Shown: positions 30,766-40,418, counted from the stretch's first letter. The stretch: 64,000 nucleotides of DNA from Thiobacillaceae bacterium (GCA_025458005.1 JALOTG010000001.1:10521-74520); one strand, 5' to 3'. The notes: a model not told the origin generated them from the letters alone. Translations and numbers: made by a program.

Positions 30766-32343
30766 ATGTCCACCGCCGCCCGATCCGTGCTCTATGTCCG
30801 CCTGCCGGTGTGGAAGATCTACCCCGGCGGCGTCATCTATGTCGCCGACTACGTGCACAAGCAGCGGCCGCACGTCGACCAGCACCTGCTCGACCTGGCC
30901 CTGGTCAGCCCCGCCGAGCGCAAGCGGGTGCTGCGGGAACGCATCGAGGCCATGCGACCCGACGTGGTGGCCTTCTCCTGGCGCAACATGCAGTCCTTCG
31001 GGCCCCACCCGGAGGACGACGCACTGGACGTGGTGATGAACTTCGACCATGCCAGGAATCCCCTGCGCCGGCTCCAGGCGGCCAAGGACGCCCTGCGCAT
31101 CATCTGGAACTACTCCGCCAGCCGCCTGAACAACTTCGCCTACATGCGCCTGGCGCGCCGTCTGCTCCCCGACGCGCGCATCGTGGTGGGCGGCACGGCG
31201 GTGTCCATCTTCGGCCAGTACGTGGTCGAGAAGTGCCCCGAGGACACGGTGGTGGTGGTGGGCGAGGGCGAGGACGCCATGCTGTCCATCGTCGACGGCT
31301 TCGAGCAGCCGGTCGGCGACCTCTGGTACAAGGACCGCGACGGCCGCGTCACGCAACACAAGCGGGCCGAGAACTTCGACCTCGCCCGGCTCACGGCGGT
31401 GGACTTCGCCTACGTGGAATCCATCTTCCCGGACTTCCACCAGTACCTGGACGACCAGTACATCGGCGTGAACACCAAGCGCGGCTGCCCGTTCCAGTGC
31501 CACTTCTGCCTGTACAACAAGATCGAGGGGGCGCACCAGCGCTACCGCGACCCGGCCGAGATCGGCCAGGAGATCGAGACGCTCAACAAGCGCTACGGGG
31601 TGAGGAAGATCTGGTTCACCGACGCCCAGTTCTGCTCGACGCGGCGCAGCACCGAGCACGTCGACCGCGTGCTCGATCAGCTGCTGGCCCGTCGCACGGA
31701 CATCTCCTGGTCCGGCTACCTGCGACTCAACTTCCTCACCCCCGAGATCGCCCGCAAGATGCTGGACACCGGCCTGGCCAGCATCGACCTGTCGTTCACC
31801 GGCACCCAGGAGATCATCGACAACCTCACCCTGGGCTACAAGCTGGACCAGCAGATGGCCGCCTTCCGCATGTTCAAGGACGCCGGCATGACCGACCAGA
31901 AGGTCAAGTTGTACATGCCCTTGAACGCCCCCGGCGAGTCGGTGCAGACCCTGCAGCGCACCATCGCCAAGATCAAGGAGCTCTACGAGCTGTTCGGGCG
32001 CGAGAACGTGCTGCCGTTCATCTTCTTCATCGGCATTCAGCCGAGGACGCCGGTGGAGCGGCTGCTCATCAGCCAGGGCTATCTCAAGCCGGACTACGAC
32101 CCGCTGACGCTGAACCCCTTCATCATCAAGAAGCTGCTCTACAACCCCAGGCCGCTCGGGACGGTGATCGGTCGCGCCTACCTGGAGGCGGTGGAAACCA
32201 TGGACGCGGGCAGCGAGTACATCGGCCGCGCCACCATGGACATCCTGGAGCGCGAGCTGCGCAAGCCGGAAGTGCTGAAGGCCTGCAGGACGGACCGCAT
32301 CCCCATCTATCCGGCACCGCGCGCGGGGGAGACCACGCGCTAG
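30766..32343 (+). CDS. Class B (B12-binding domain) radical SAM protein, substrate unknown
   Basis: 525 aa. An N-terminal Rossmann-like B12-binding region (DVVAFSWRN...IVVGGTAVS) is followed by a CxxxCxxC cluster (KRGCPFQCHFCLY). Confidence 0.8.
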   Translation: MSTAARSVLYVRLPVWKIYPGGVIYVADYVHKQRPHVDQHLLDLALVSPAERKRVLRERIEAMRPDVVAFSWRNMQSFGPHPEDDALDVVMNFDHARNPLRRLQAAKDALRIIWNYSASRLNNFAYMRLARRLLPDARIVVGGTAVSIFGQYVVEKCPEDTVVVVGEGEDAMLSIVDGFEQPVGDLWYKDRDGRVTQHKRAENFDLARLTAVDFAYVESIFPDFHQYLDDQYIGVNTKRGCPFQCHFCLYNKIEGAHQRYRDPAEIGQEIETLNKRYGVRKIWFTDAQFCSTRRSTEHVDRVLDQLLARRTDISWSGYLRLNFLTPEIARKMLDTGLASIDLSFTGTQEIIDNLTLGYKLDQQMAAFRMFKDAGMTDQKVKLYMPLNAPGESVQTLQRTIAKIKELYELFGRENVLPFIFFIGIQPRTPVERLLISQGYLKPDYDPLTLNPFIIKKLLYNPRPLGTVIGRAYLEAVETMDAGSEYIGRATMDILERELRKPEVLKACRTDRIPIYPAPRAGETTR

Positions 32344-32363
32344 CCGGCGGCAGGGTTAGCCCG

Positions 32364-33023
32364 CTAGCGGGCGGCGGGCGGCGGCGTGACGCCGGGCACG
32401 GCAGGTCGCGCCTGCGCCTCGGCCGACTTGAGTTCCCGGAAGCGCTGCTTGTCCGCCTCGTAGCGGCCGGTGATGGTCTCCACTACCTTGTTGCTGCGCA
32501 GGATCAGCTCGCTCAGGCGGACGATGTCCTCCTGGGCCTCCTTCTTCATCTGCGTCACCGGACCGGGCACGCGGCGGCCGCCCTTGCGATAGTCCTCGAT
32601 CTCCGCGTTGAGTCGCCCGAGGCGGGCGGTGGCGCCGTCCAGGCGCTTCTGCAGGCCGTCCAGGTTGGCCTGCTCCAGGATCAGGGCGCGGTCGCGGGCC
32701 AGGTCGATCTCCGCCTCGTTCACGTAGGTGGACAGCAGGGCCCGATCGTAACGCTGGCGCTGCTCCTCCTCCGCCTGCCTGCTTGCCGCGGCCTTCGGGT
32801 CCGGCTTGGCCGCTTGCTGGCGGCGCAGTTGCTTGACCGTGCGCCCCTGCTTGTCGAGAACGTCCGGCTCGGCGCGCTCGGGCGGGCGGGCGTCGCCATA
32901 ATGGACGCGCCCCTTCTCGTCCACCCAGCGATAGGTGGTGGTGGTGGTGGACCAGGCCGCCTGGCTGACAAGCAGGGCGACCAGCAAGGAGGTCAGGAAG
33001 GCTGGCGTCATGCGGCGCGGCAT
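32364..33023 (-). CDS. DUF4124-domain periplasmic protein with a coiled-coil C-terminus
   Basis: A signal peptide followed by YRWVDEKGRVHYGDARP, the DUF4124 hallmark. Confidence 0.65.
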   Translation of the reverse strand: MPRRMTPAFLTSLLVALLVSQAAWSTTTTTYRWVDEKGRVHYGDARPPERAEPDVLDKQGRTVKQLRRQQAAKPDPKAAASRQAEEEQRQRYDRALLSTYVNEAEIDLARDRALILEQANLDGLQKRLDGATARLGRLNAEIEDYRKGGRRVPGPVTQMKKEAQEDIVRLSELILRSNKVVETITGRYEADKQRFRELKSAEAQARPAVPGVTPPPAAR

Positions 33024-33066
33024 CTCCGCCAGGGCATCCGGGCAGGGTCGGACCCGATGGGCCTCC

Positions 33067-33708
33067 TCACCGGACCCCGTAGCGTTCGCGGTAGGCGCGG
33101 ATGGCCGCCAGCGTGGCGGCCAGCTCGGGATGGCCGGTCAGATAGCCGACCAGGTCGTCCAGGTTGACGATGCTCACCACCGGCATGGCGAAGTCGCGGC
33201 CCACTTCCTGCACCGCCGACAGTTCGCCGCTGCCACGCTCCTGGCGGTCCAGGGCGATGGCCACGCCGCAGGGCGTGGCGCCGGCGGCGCGGATCAGCCG
33301 CACCGACTCGCGCACCGAGGTGCCCGCCGAGATGACGTCGTCGACGATCAGCACACGGCCGGCCAGCGGCGCGCCGACGATGCAGCCGCCCTCGCCGTGG
33401 TCCTTGGCCTCCTTGCGGTTGTAGCTGTAGGGGACGTTGCGGCCCATCCGGTCGAGGGCGATGGCCACGCTGGCCGCCAGGGGGATGCCCTTGTAGGCCG
33501 GGCCGAACAGGCCGTCGAAGGCCAGCCCGGAGTCGAGGATGGCCTTGGCGTAGAATTCGCCCAGCTGCCGCAGGGCCTCGCCGTCGTTGAACAGGCCGGC
33601 GTTGAAGAAATAGGGGGACAGGCGCCCCGCCTTGGTCTTGAATTCGCCGAACAGCAGCACCTCGCGGCGAATCGCGAAGTCGAGGAACGCCTCCTTGAAT
33701 CCGGTCAT
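33067..33708 (-). CDS. pyrE: Orotate phosphoribosyltransferase
   Basis: [23 protein letters not shown] plus the PRPP-binding loop [13 protein letters not shown]. Confidence 0.9.
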   Translation of the reverse strand: MTGFKEAFLDFAIRREVLLFGEFKTKAGRLSPYFFNAGLFNDGEALRQLGEFYAKAILDSGLAFDGLFGPAYKGIPLAASVAIALDRMGRNVPYSYNRKEAKDHGEGGCIVGAPLAGRVLIVDDVISAGTSVRESVRLIRAAGATPCGVAIALDRQERGSGELSAVQEVGRDFAMPVVSIVNLDDLVGYLTGHPELAATLAAIRAYRERYGVR

Positions 33709-33731
33709 TTTTCAGCACTGAATCCTTAACC

Positions 33732-34511
33732 ATGCGCATTCTAACCCTGAACCTCAACGGCATCCGCTCGGCCAGCAACAAGGGGCTCTATCCCTGGCTG
33801 GCCCGGCAGGGCGCCGACCTGGTCTGCCTGCAGGAACTCAAGGCCCAGACCGCCGACATGACCGCGGAGATGCTCAACCCCGACGGCTACCACGGCTACT
33901 TCCACTACGCCGATAAGAAGGGCTACAGCGGGGTGGGTCTCTACGCCCGTCGCCAGCCCGACCAGATCATCGAGGGGCTGGGCATAGCAGATATCGACCA
34001 GGAAGGACGATATCTTGAGGCCCGCTTCGGCGACCTCTCCGTGGTGTCCGTCTACCTGCCCTCGGGCTCCAGCGGCGAGCACCGCCAGGCCGCCAAGTTC
34101 ACCTTCATGGACCACTTCTACCCGCACCTGGAACGACTGGCGAGATCGGGCCGCGAGCTGATCCTGTGCGGCGACTGGAACATCGCCCACACCGAGCGCG
34201 ACCTCAGGAACTGGAAGTCCAACCGGAAGAACTCCGGCTTCCTGCCCGAGGAACGGGCCTGGATCGGCCGGGTGTTCGACGAGCTCGGCCTGGTCGACGT
34301 CTACCGCCGCCTGCATCCGGAGGCCGAGGGCGAGGGCTACACCTGGTGGAGCAACCGCGGCCAGGCCTGGGCCAACAACGTGGGCTGGCGCATCGACTAC
34401 CAGATCGCCACCCCGGGCATCGCCGCCACGGCCAAGTCGGCCAGCGTCTACAAGCAGCAGCGGTTCAGCGATCATGCCCCGCTGACGGTGGATTACGAAC
34501 CTTCCCTGTGA
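33732..34511 (+). CDS. xth: Exodeoxyribonuclease III family nuclease (second paralogue in the window)
   Basis: MRILTLNLNGIRSASNKGLYPWLARQGADLVCLQELK...WRIDYQI...SDHAPLTVDY. Confidence 0.9.
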   Translation: MRILTLNLNGIRSASNKGLYPWLARQGADLVCLQELKAQTADMTAEMLNPDGYHGYFHYADKKGYSGVGLYARRQPDQIIEGLGIADIDQEGRYLEARFGDLSVVSVYLPSGSSGEHRQAAKFTFMDHFYPHLERLARSGRELILCGDWNIAHTERDLRNWKSNRKNSGFLPEERAWIGRVFDELGLVDVYRRLHPEAEGEGYTWWSNRGQAWANNVGWRIDYQIATPGIAATAKSASVYKQQRFSDHAPLTVDYEPSL

Positions 34512-34557
34512 GCATTGCAGCAGTCGGTCATCGCGACTAACATGTTGTTATACGTGT

Positions 34558-34788
34558 ATGGCACAGGAGTCGCTCATGCTGGCCGTACGTCTACCCGATG
34601 ACGTGGAGAAACGCGTCGAGGCCCTTGCCCGCCAGACGGGCCGAACCAAGAGCTTCTACGTGCGCGAGGCCCTGATCCAATACCTGGACGACCTGGAAGA
34701 CTACTACCTGGCCGAAGCGCGTCGGAAACAGCCCCTGTCCCCCATACCCCTCGAAGACATAGAGCGCGAGCTTGGCCTGGCGGATTGA
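34558..34788 (+). CDS. relB: Ribbon-helix-helix (CopG/RelB-type) antitoxin
   Basis: LAVRLPDDVEKRVEALARQTGRTKSFYVREALIQYLDDLEDYYLAE. The stop overlaps the toxin start. An alternative start lies at 34576. Confidence 0.75.
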   Translation: MAQESLMLAVRLPDDVEKRVEALARQTGRTKSFYVREALIQYLDDLEDYYLAEARRKQPLSPIPLEDIERELGLAD

Positions 34789-35041
34789 AGCCGATCCGCG
34801 CGCGCTGGATGAGTTGAGGCGGCTTGACAAGCCGGTCCAGCTGCGCCTCGTCAACGTGCTGCGGGAGCGCATCGCGCTCCTGGCCGACCCGCGCAGCCTG
34901 GCCCAGGCGCTGCGCGGCGAGGAACTGGGCCGTTACTGGAAATATCGCATCGGCGACTATCGGCTTGTCTGTGATATCCGTGACGAGGTCATCACCATCC
35001 TGGTCCTGCGCATAGGCCACCGTCGCGAGGTGTATCGGTGA
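34772..35041 (+). CDS. relE: RelE/StbE-family mRNA interferase toxin
   Basis: 89 aa with a TTG start. WKYRIGDYRLVCDIRDEVITILVLRIGHRREVY is the typical RelE/ParE C-terminal core. Confidence 0.8.
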   Translation: MAWRIEADPRALDELRRLDKPVQLRLVNVLRERIALLADPRSLAQALRGEELGRYWKYRIGDYRLVCDIRDEVITILVLRIGHRREVYR

Positions 35042-35255
35042 CCGCTCGGCACGGTGATCGTTGCGCAGCCGACGCGGAAGGGCATTGATGCCCCGGACCT
35101 GGATCGATATGCGCGGCCGCAACCCGGCCCTGGTCCGGGAATCGGTGGAGGAGGCCGTGGCCAGGCGCGTCCGGGAGGGCTTCTTCGGCATGCCCTCGCC
35201 GACGGCCTGGGCAGCGAGCACGGTCGGTTCGGAATCGACCACTAAATAGCCCGTC

Positions 35256-36761
35256 ATGCCATCCAGCCTGGCCGCCGCCCGCCGCCTCTTCGCCGTCCTC
35301 TTCCTCGGCTTCGCCTCCGGCCTGCCCCTGGCCCTGACCGGCCAGGCCATGCAGGCCTGGCTGACGGTGGACGGGGTGGACATCGCCACCATCGGCTTCC
35401 TGGGCCTGGTGGGCATCCCCTACACCTTCAAGTTCCTCTGGGCGCCGCTCATGGACCGCTTCGAACCGCCCTTCCTCGGCCGCCGGCGAGGTTGGTTGGT
35501 GCTCACTCAACTGGCCCTGGCCGCGGGATTGGCCTGGATGGCGGGCCTGTCGGTCCAGGACAACGCCGCCCTGTTCGCCGTGGCCGCCCTGGCCATCGCC
35601 TTCCTGTCCGCCTCCCAGGACATCGTCATCGACGCCTACCGCACCGACGTGCTGGCGGCAAAGGAGCGCGGCCTGGGCGGGTCCCTGTCGGTGTTCGGCT
35701 ATCGCCTGGCGATGATCCTGTCCGGCGGCGTCAGCCTGATCTGGGCCGAGCAGTGGGGCAGCTGGCCCCGGGTATACCTGACCATGGCCGTCATCATGGT
35801 GGTGGCGGCCGCGGTCTCGCTGACCCTCATCCCCGCGGTGAGCAGCGCATCCAGACCGCTGGCCTCCGACCCCAGGAAGGAGCTGGCCGGCTTCCTGGCC
35901 ATGCTGGCCGGCTTCGCCGGCGGCTGGTTCGCCGCCCGCCTCGGGCTGCTGGCCGTTGGCCTCGACCCGGACAGCCCCAGCAAATGGCTGCAGCTGGCAT
36001 TCATCCTCGCCCAGCTGGCGGCGGCCCTGCCCCTGGGCTACTGGGCGGCGCGCCGGGCGGGCTTCGTCACCCTCAACCAGTCCCTGGACAGCTACTTCGC
36101 CCAGTCCGGCGCCTGGGCCTTCCTGCTCCTGATCATCCTCTACAAGCTGGGCGACGCCTTCGCCGGGGTGCTCACCACCCCCTTCCTGATCAAGGGGCTG
36201 GCCTTCACGCAGGCGGAGGTGGGCATCGTCAACAAGATCATCGGCATCTGGCTGACCATCCTCGGCGCCCTGGCGGCGGGGGCGGTCATGCTGCGCATCT
36301 CGCTCTACCAGGCCCTGCTCGCCTTCGGGGTGCTGCAGCTGGTGTCCAACTTCGGCTTCTACGTCCTGGCCCTGCTGGGCAAGGGCGCCTGGGGCAGCCT
36401 CACCCTGCCGCCCTTCGATCTGGGCTTCGTCGCCCTGGACGCCGCCACCGAGATCGACCGCCTGCTGATGACCGCCATCGCCTTCGAGAACGTCTCCGGC
36501 GGCATGGGCACCGCCGCCTTCGTCGCACTGCTCATGGGCCTCTGCAACCACCGCTTCACCGCCACCCACTACGCCCTGCTGTCCGCCTTCGCGGCGGTCG
36601 GGCGGATCTATGTCAGCCCCCTGTCGGGCGTGCTGTCGGAGGCGATCGGCTGGCCGAGCTTCTTCCTGTTCTCGGTGGCCATGGCCGTGCCGGGGCTGCT
36701 GGCGGTGTGGTGGATGCGGGCGCACATCCAGTCGCTGAACGACGAGCCCGGCCGCGCGTGA
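35256..36761 (+). CDS. ampG: AmpG-family muropeptide MFS permease
   Basis: LFLGFASGLPLALTGQAMQAWL...IPYTFKFLWAPLMDR are characteristic AmpG motifs. The protein is polytopic. Confidence 0.85.
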   Translation: MPSSLAAARRLFAVLFLGFASGLPLALTGQAMQAWLTVDGVDIATIGFLGLVGIPYTFKFLWAPLMDRFEPPFLGRRRGWLVLTQLALAAGLAWMAGLSVQDNAALFAVAALAIAFLSASQDIVIDAYRTDVLAAKERGLGGSLSVFGYRLAMILSGGVSLIWAEQWGSWPRVYLTMAVIMVVAAAVSLTLIPAVSSASRPLASDPRKELAGFLAMLAGFAGGWFAARLGLLAVGLDPDSPSKWLQLAFILAQLAAALPLGYWAARRAGFVTLNQSLDSYFAQSGAWAFLLLIILYKLGDAFAGVLTTPFLIKGLAFTQAEVGIVNKIIGIWLTILGALAAGAVMLRISLYQALLAFGVLQLVSNFGFYVLALLGKGAWGSLTLPPFDLGFVALDAATEIDRLLMTAIAFENVSGGMGTAAFVALLMGLCNHRFTATHYALLSAFAAVGRIYVSPLSGVLSEAIGWPSFFLFSVAMAVPGLLAVWWMRAHIQSLNDEPGRA

Positions 36762-36803
36762 TCAAAATCCCTATTGATCAGCAATGCAAGTAAGCACTCA
36801 CAA

Positions 36804-38078
36804 ATGATCAGGCTCAAGCTGCACTGGCAGATCCTCCTCGCCGTCGGCCTGGCGGTCGGCGCGGGCCTTGCCACGGCGCCTGGCGCCACCCTGCTGGGCG
36901 TCGAGGTCCTGGCGATCTATGACTTCCTCGGCACCCTGTTCCTCAACGCCCTGAAGATGCTCATCGTGCCCCTGGTGGTGTCGTCCATCATCGTCGGCGT
37001 GGCCGGCAAGGGCGGCGTGGCGGGGCTGGGTCGGCTGGGGGGCAAGACCCTCGCCTATTACCTGGCCACCAGCCTGCTGGCCATCCTGATCGGCCTGGCC
37101 CTGGCCAACCTGGTCCGGCCCGGCGAGGTCGACGGTCAGCCGGCCCGCGACCTGCTGGGCCTGTCGGCCGATACCGGCGCGGTGCTGGAGAAGGTGTCCG
37201 AGCGTGGCGGCGGCGACCTGGTGGAGATCTTCCTGCGCATGGTGCCCACCAACGTGGTGGCCGCCGCCGCCGAGGGGCAGATGCTGGGGCTGATCACCTT
37301 CAGCCTGCTGTTCGGCTACTTCGTCACCCGCCTCGACGGCGACCTGGCCGGGACCATGACGCGCTTCTGGCGGGGCATGGCCGAGGTGATGCTGGGCATC
37401 ACCGAGCTGGTGATGCGCTTCGCCCCCCTCGGCGTGTTCGCGCTGGTGGCGAAGATGGTGGGCACCTCCGGCCTGGAGGCCTTCCGCCCCCTGGCCGGCT
37501 TCTTCCTCACCGTGCTGGCCGGCCTGGCCCTGCACATGTTCGTGGTGCTGCCCATGATAATAATGCTTGTAGCGAGAGTGAGCCCTTACAGACACTTCCG
37601 CGCCATGGCCCCCGCCCTGCTCACCGCCTTCTCCACCGCCTCCTCCTCGGCCACCCTGCCCCTGACCATGGACTGCGCCGAGAAGAACGCCGGGGTGTCC
37701 GAACGGGTGTCGAGCTTCGTGCTGCCCCTGGGGGCGACCATCAACATGGACGGCACCGCACTGTACGAGTGCGTCGCGGTGCTGTTCATCGCCCAGGCCT
37801 ACGGGCTCGACCTGACGGTGGCCCAGCAGGTGGCCATCGTCCTGCTCGCCCTGCTCACCTCCATCGGCGTGGCCGGCATCCCCGCCGCCAGCCTGGTGGC
37901 CATCGTCCTGATCCTGGCCTACGTCGGCCTGCCCGCCGAGGCGATCGGCCTGATCCTGGCCGTGGACCGGGTGCTGGACATGTGCCGCACCAGCGTCAAC
38001 GTGTTCAGCGACGCCTGCGGGGCGGTGGTGATCGGGCGCAGCGAGGGCGAGTCCGGCATCCTGCGGGAAGAAAGATAA
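36804..38078 (+). CDS. Dicarboxylate/amino acid:cation symporter (DAACS, GltP-like)
   Basis: LKMLIVPLVVSSII, SSSATLP and ATINMDGTALYE motifs. The start is the in-frame ATG at 36804; the TTG at 36774 is also possible. Confidence 0.85.
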   Translation: MIRLKLHWQILLAVGLAVGAGLATAPGATLLGVEVLAIYDFLGTLFLNALKMLIVPLVVSSIIVGVAGKGGVAGLGRLGGKTLAYYLATSLLAILIGLALANLVRPGEVDGQPARDLLGLSADTGAVLEKVSERGGGDLVEIFLRMVPTNVVAAAAEGQMLGLITFSLLFGYFVTRLDGDLAGTMTRFWRGMAEVMLGITELVMRFAPLGVFALVAKMVGTSGLEAFRPLAGFFLTVLAGLALHMFVVLPMIIMLVARVSPYRHFRAMAPALLTAFSTASSSATLPLTMDCAEKNAGVSERVSSFVLPLGATINMDGTALYECVAVLFIAQAYGLDLTVAQQVAIVLLALLTSIGVAGIPAASLVAIVLILAYVGLPAEAIGLILAVDRVLDMCRTSVNVFSDACGAVVIGRSEGESGILREER

Positions 38079-38134
38079 CTGCAACATTTCCCGGCTAATC
38101 TAATGGGTTACCCGAGCAGCCCCGCGCCCCATCC

Positions 38135-40000
38135 ATGGCCAAGCGTCACCTCACCCGGCATCTCATTCCCGCCCTGGAGTCCCTGCGCGACCACCTCCTG
38201 GCGGTGGAGCGCGGCCATCGCAAGGCAATCCGCGCGGCGCACCCGCAGCACCGCGACAGCGCGCGCAACCTGCTGCACTACCTGGCCCTGCGCCAGAGCG
38301 ACCTGCGCGACCTGCAGCGGGAGCTGGGCCTGCTCGGCCTGAGCCGACTGGGCCGCGCCGAGGCGCATACCCTGTCCAGCCTGGACGCCGTGCTCGCCGC
38401 GCTGCATGCGCTGGCGGGCGACCCGCCGCGGGCGCGCCGCAAGCGCAAGGACTCGGTCGACCTGAGCACCGGCGATATGCGCCTGGAGGAACACGCCCGC
38501 GCCCTCCTCGGCCAGCCCGCCGGCAAGCGTGCCACGCGCGTCATGGTGACCATGCCCGGCGAGGCCGCCGTCCGGCCGGAGCTGATCCGCGACCTGCTCC
38601 TCGCCGGCATGGACGTGATGCGCATCAACTGCGCCCACGACGACGCCGAGGCCTGGCTGGCCATGATCCGCCACCTGCGCGCGGCGGAGGCGGAGACCGG
38701 GCGCGGCTGCAAGGTCTACGCCGACCTGGCCGGGCCCAAGCTGCGCACCGGCGCCCTGAAGCCGGCCGGCCGCCTGGCGGAGTTCGGACCCCGGCGCGAC
38801 GTCTGGGGCACGGTGATCGAGCCCGCGTCGGTTTGGCTGACGCCGCGCGGCTCGACCGCGCCGCCGCCCGAGGCGGCCGGCACGGTCCTCCCCGTCGACG
38901 ACGCGCTGCTGGCCCGGGCGCGCAAGGGCGACGTCCTGGAGGTGGAGGACTGCCGCGGCATGCGCCGGGAACTGCGCGTCGTCGGGCGCCAGGGCGACGC
39001 CTGGCTCGCCCATGCCCACCAGCACGTCTACCTGCGGGAGGACGCCGCCTGTTTCCTGCGCCGGGATGACGCCCAGCTCGCCGCCGGCCGCGTCGGTCCC
39101 CTGCCGGAGGTGGTCCTGCCCCTGCTGCTGCGGCCCGGCGACCGGCTGCTGCTGACCGGAGAGGAACAGCCGGGCGAGGCCGCCCGTCTCGATCATCGCG
39201 GCAAGTTGCTGCGGCCCGCCGCCATCCCCTGCACCCTGGACGCGGTGTTCGCGGCGGCCGCCCCCGGCCAGCGCGTCTGGTTCGACGACGGCCGCATCGG
39301 CGGGCGCATCCTGGCCAACACCGAGCGCGTCATCAGCGTGGAGATCGACCATGCCGCGCCCCAGGGCAGCAAGCTCAGGCCGGAGAAGGGCATCAACCTG
39401 CCCGACACGCGCCTCGCCATCCCCGCCCTGACCGACAAGGACCGGGCCGACCTGGGCGCCCTGGCGGCGCACGTGGACGTGGTCGGCCTGTCCTTCGTGC
39501 GCGAGCCGGACGACGTCCTCGCCCTGGAGGAAGCGCTCGCCGGGCTGGACGCCGAGCACCTGGGCATCGTGCTCAAGATCGAGACCCGGCAGGCCTTCGA
39601 GAACCTGCCCTTGATCCTGCTCGCCAGCCTGCGCAGCCCGCCGGTGGGGCTGATGGTGGCGCGCGGCGACCTGGCGGTGGAGATCGGCTTCGAACGGCTG
39701 GCGGAGGTGCAGGAGGAGATCCTCTGGCTGGCCGAGGCCGCCCACGTCCCGGTCATCTGGGCGACCCAGGTCCTGGAGAGCATGGCCAAGCGGGGCGCGC
39801 CGTCCCGGGCCGAGGTGTCGGACGCGGCGCTAGGCGTGCGCGCCGAGTGCGTCATGCTCAACAAGGGCCCCTACATCGTCGAGACGGTGCGCTTCCTCGC
39901 CGACATCCTGGAGCGCATGAGCGCCCACCGCAAGAAGAGCCGCCCCACCATGCGCCGCCTGGCGGTCTCGCAGCTGGGCGGCAAGGGCGGCCGGAAGTAA
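38135..40000 (+). CDS. Divergent pyruvate-kinase-family protein with a ~130-aa N-terminal extension
   Basis: A PK barrel-like core (ATRVMVTMPGEAA...GMDVMRINCAHD...ADLAGPKLRTG...MVARGDLAVEIG...MLNKGPY). 621 aa, longer than canonical PK. Confidence 0.7.
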   Translation: MAKRHLTRHLIPALESLRDHLLAVERGHRKAIRAAHPQHRDSARNLLHYLALRQSDLRDLQRELGLLGLSRLGRAEAHTLSSLDAVLAALHALAGDPPRARRKRKDSVDLSTGDMRLEEHARALLGQPAGKRATRVMVTMPGEAAVRPELIRDLLLAGMDVMRINCAHDDAEAWLAMIRHLRAAEAETGRGCKVYADLAGPKLRTGALKPAGRLAEFGPRRDVWGTVIEPASVWLTPRGSTAPPPEAAGTVLPVDDALLARARKGDVLEVEDCRGMRRELRVVGRQGDAWLAHAHQHVYLREDAACFLRRDDAQLAAGRVGPLPEVVLPLLLRPGDRLLLTGEEQPGEAARLDHRGKLLRPAAIPCTLDAVFAAAAPGQRVWFDDGRIGGRILANTERVISVEIDHAAPQGSKLRPEKGINLPDTRLAIPALTDKDRADLGALAAHVDVVGLSFVREPDDVLALEEALAGLDAEHLGIVLKIETRQAFENLPLILLASLRSPPVGLMVARGDLAVEIGFERLAEVQEEILWLAEAAHVPVIWATQVLESMAKRGAPSRAEVSDAALGVRAECVMLNKGPYIVETVRFLADILERMSAHRKKSRPTMRRLAVSQLGGKGGRK

Positions 40001-40300
40001 GCGGCCGCTTAGATGATCCGGGCCTATCCGTGACGCAGTGAAGAGAGCCGAGGGAACACCCTGAAAGCCGCCGTCGCCGAGCCACCCAGCTACGGACCGC
40101 AACCTTCAACCAAGGCGCAGGCGATGCGATGAATCAGGACATCACGTCCGGGGATACGATCCCCAGGGGACGTGAAAACCCCATGCAAGTCAGGCCATGA
40201 CTGTGGAAGACATGGCGGAGGCGCGGGTTCGCAAGATGCGAGAGGCTGCTCTAACGACTTCGGCCCGGACGACAATATAGTCACCATCTAGTCACGGGCG

Positions 40301-40333
40301 AAACAAGAAAACGGCTTGCATTGCCGCAAGCCG
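40301..40333 (-). terminator. Rho-independent terminator of the tRNA-Ala/tRNA-Glu operon
   Basis: The minus strand, immediately after tRNA-Glu, reads CGGCTTGC-GGCAAT-GCAAGCCG followed by TTTTCTTGTTT. Confidence 0.55.
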
Positions 40334-40342
40334 CTATTTTAC

Positions 40343-40418
40343 TGGCGTCCCCTAGGGGATTCGAACCCCTGTTACCGCCGTGAAAGGGCGGTGTCCTAGG
40401 CCTCTAGACGAAGGGGAC
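40343..40418 (-). tRNA. tRNA-Glu (anticodon UUC)
   Basis: The reverse complement, GTCCCCTTCGTCTAGAGGCCTAGGACACCGCCCTTTCACGGCGGTAACAGGGGTTCGAATCCCCTAGGGGACGCCA, is essentially the canonical proteobacterial tRNA-Glu. Confidence 0.92.

Noticed and set aside
35061-35249. A 62-aa ORF between relE and ampG.
   Set aside because: It has no recognisable motif, no clear ribosome-binding site, and overlaps a second equally weak ORF in another frame. It is mentioned only as possible remnant DNA.
40090-40287. A 65-aa minus-strand ORF in the gene-free region next to tRNA-Glu.
   Set aside because: It has no ribosome-binding site, no family resemblance, and would read into the tRNA operon terminator.
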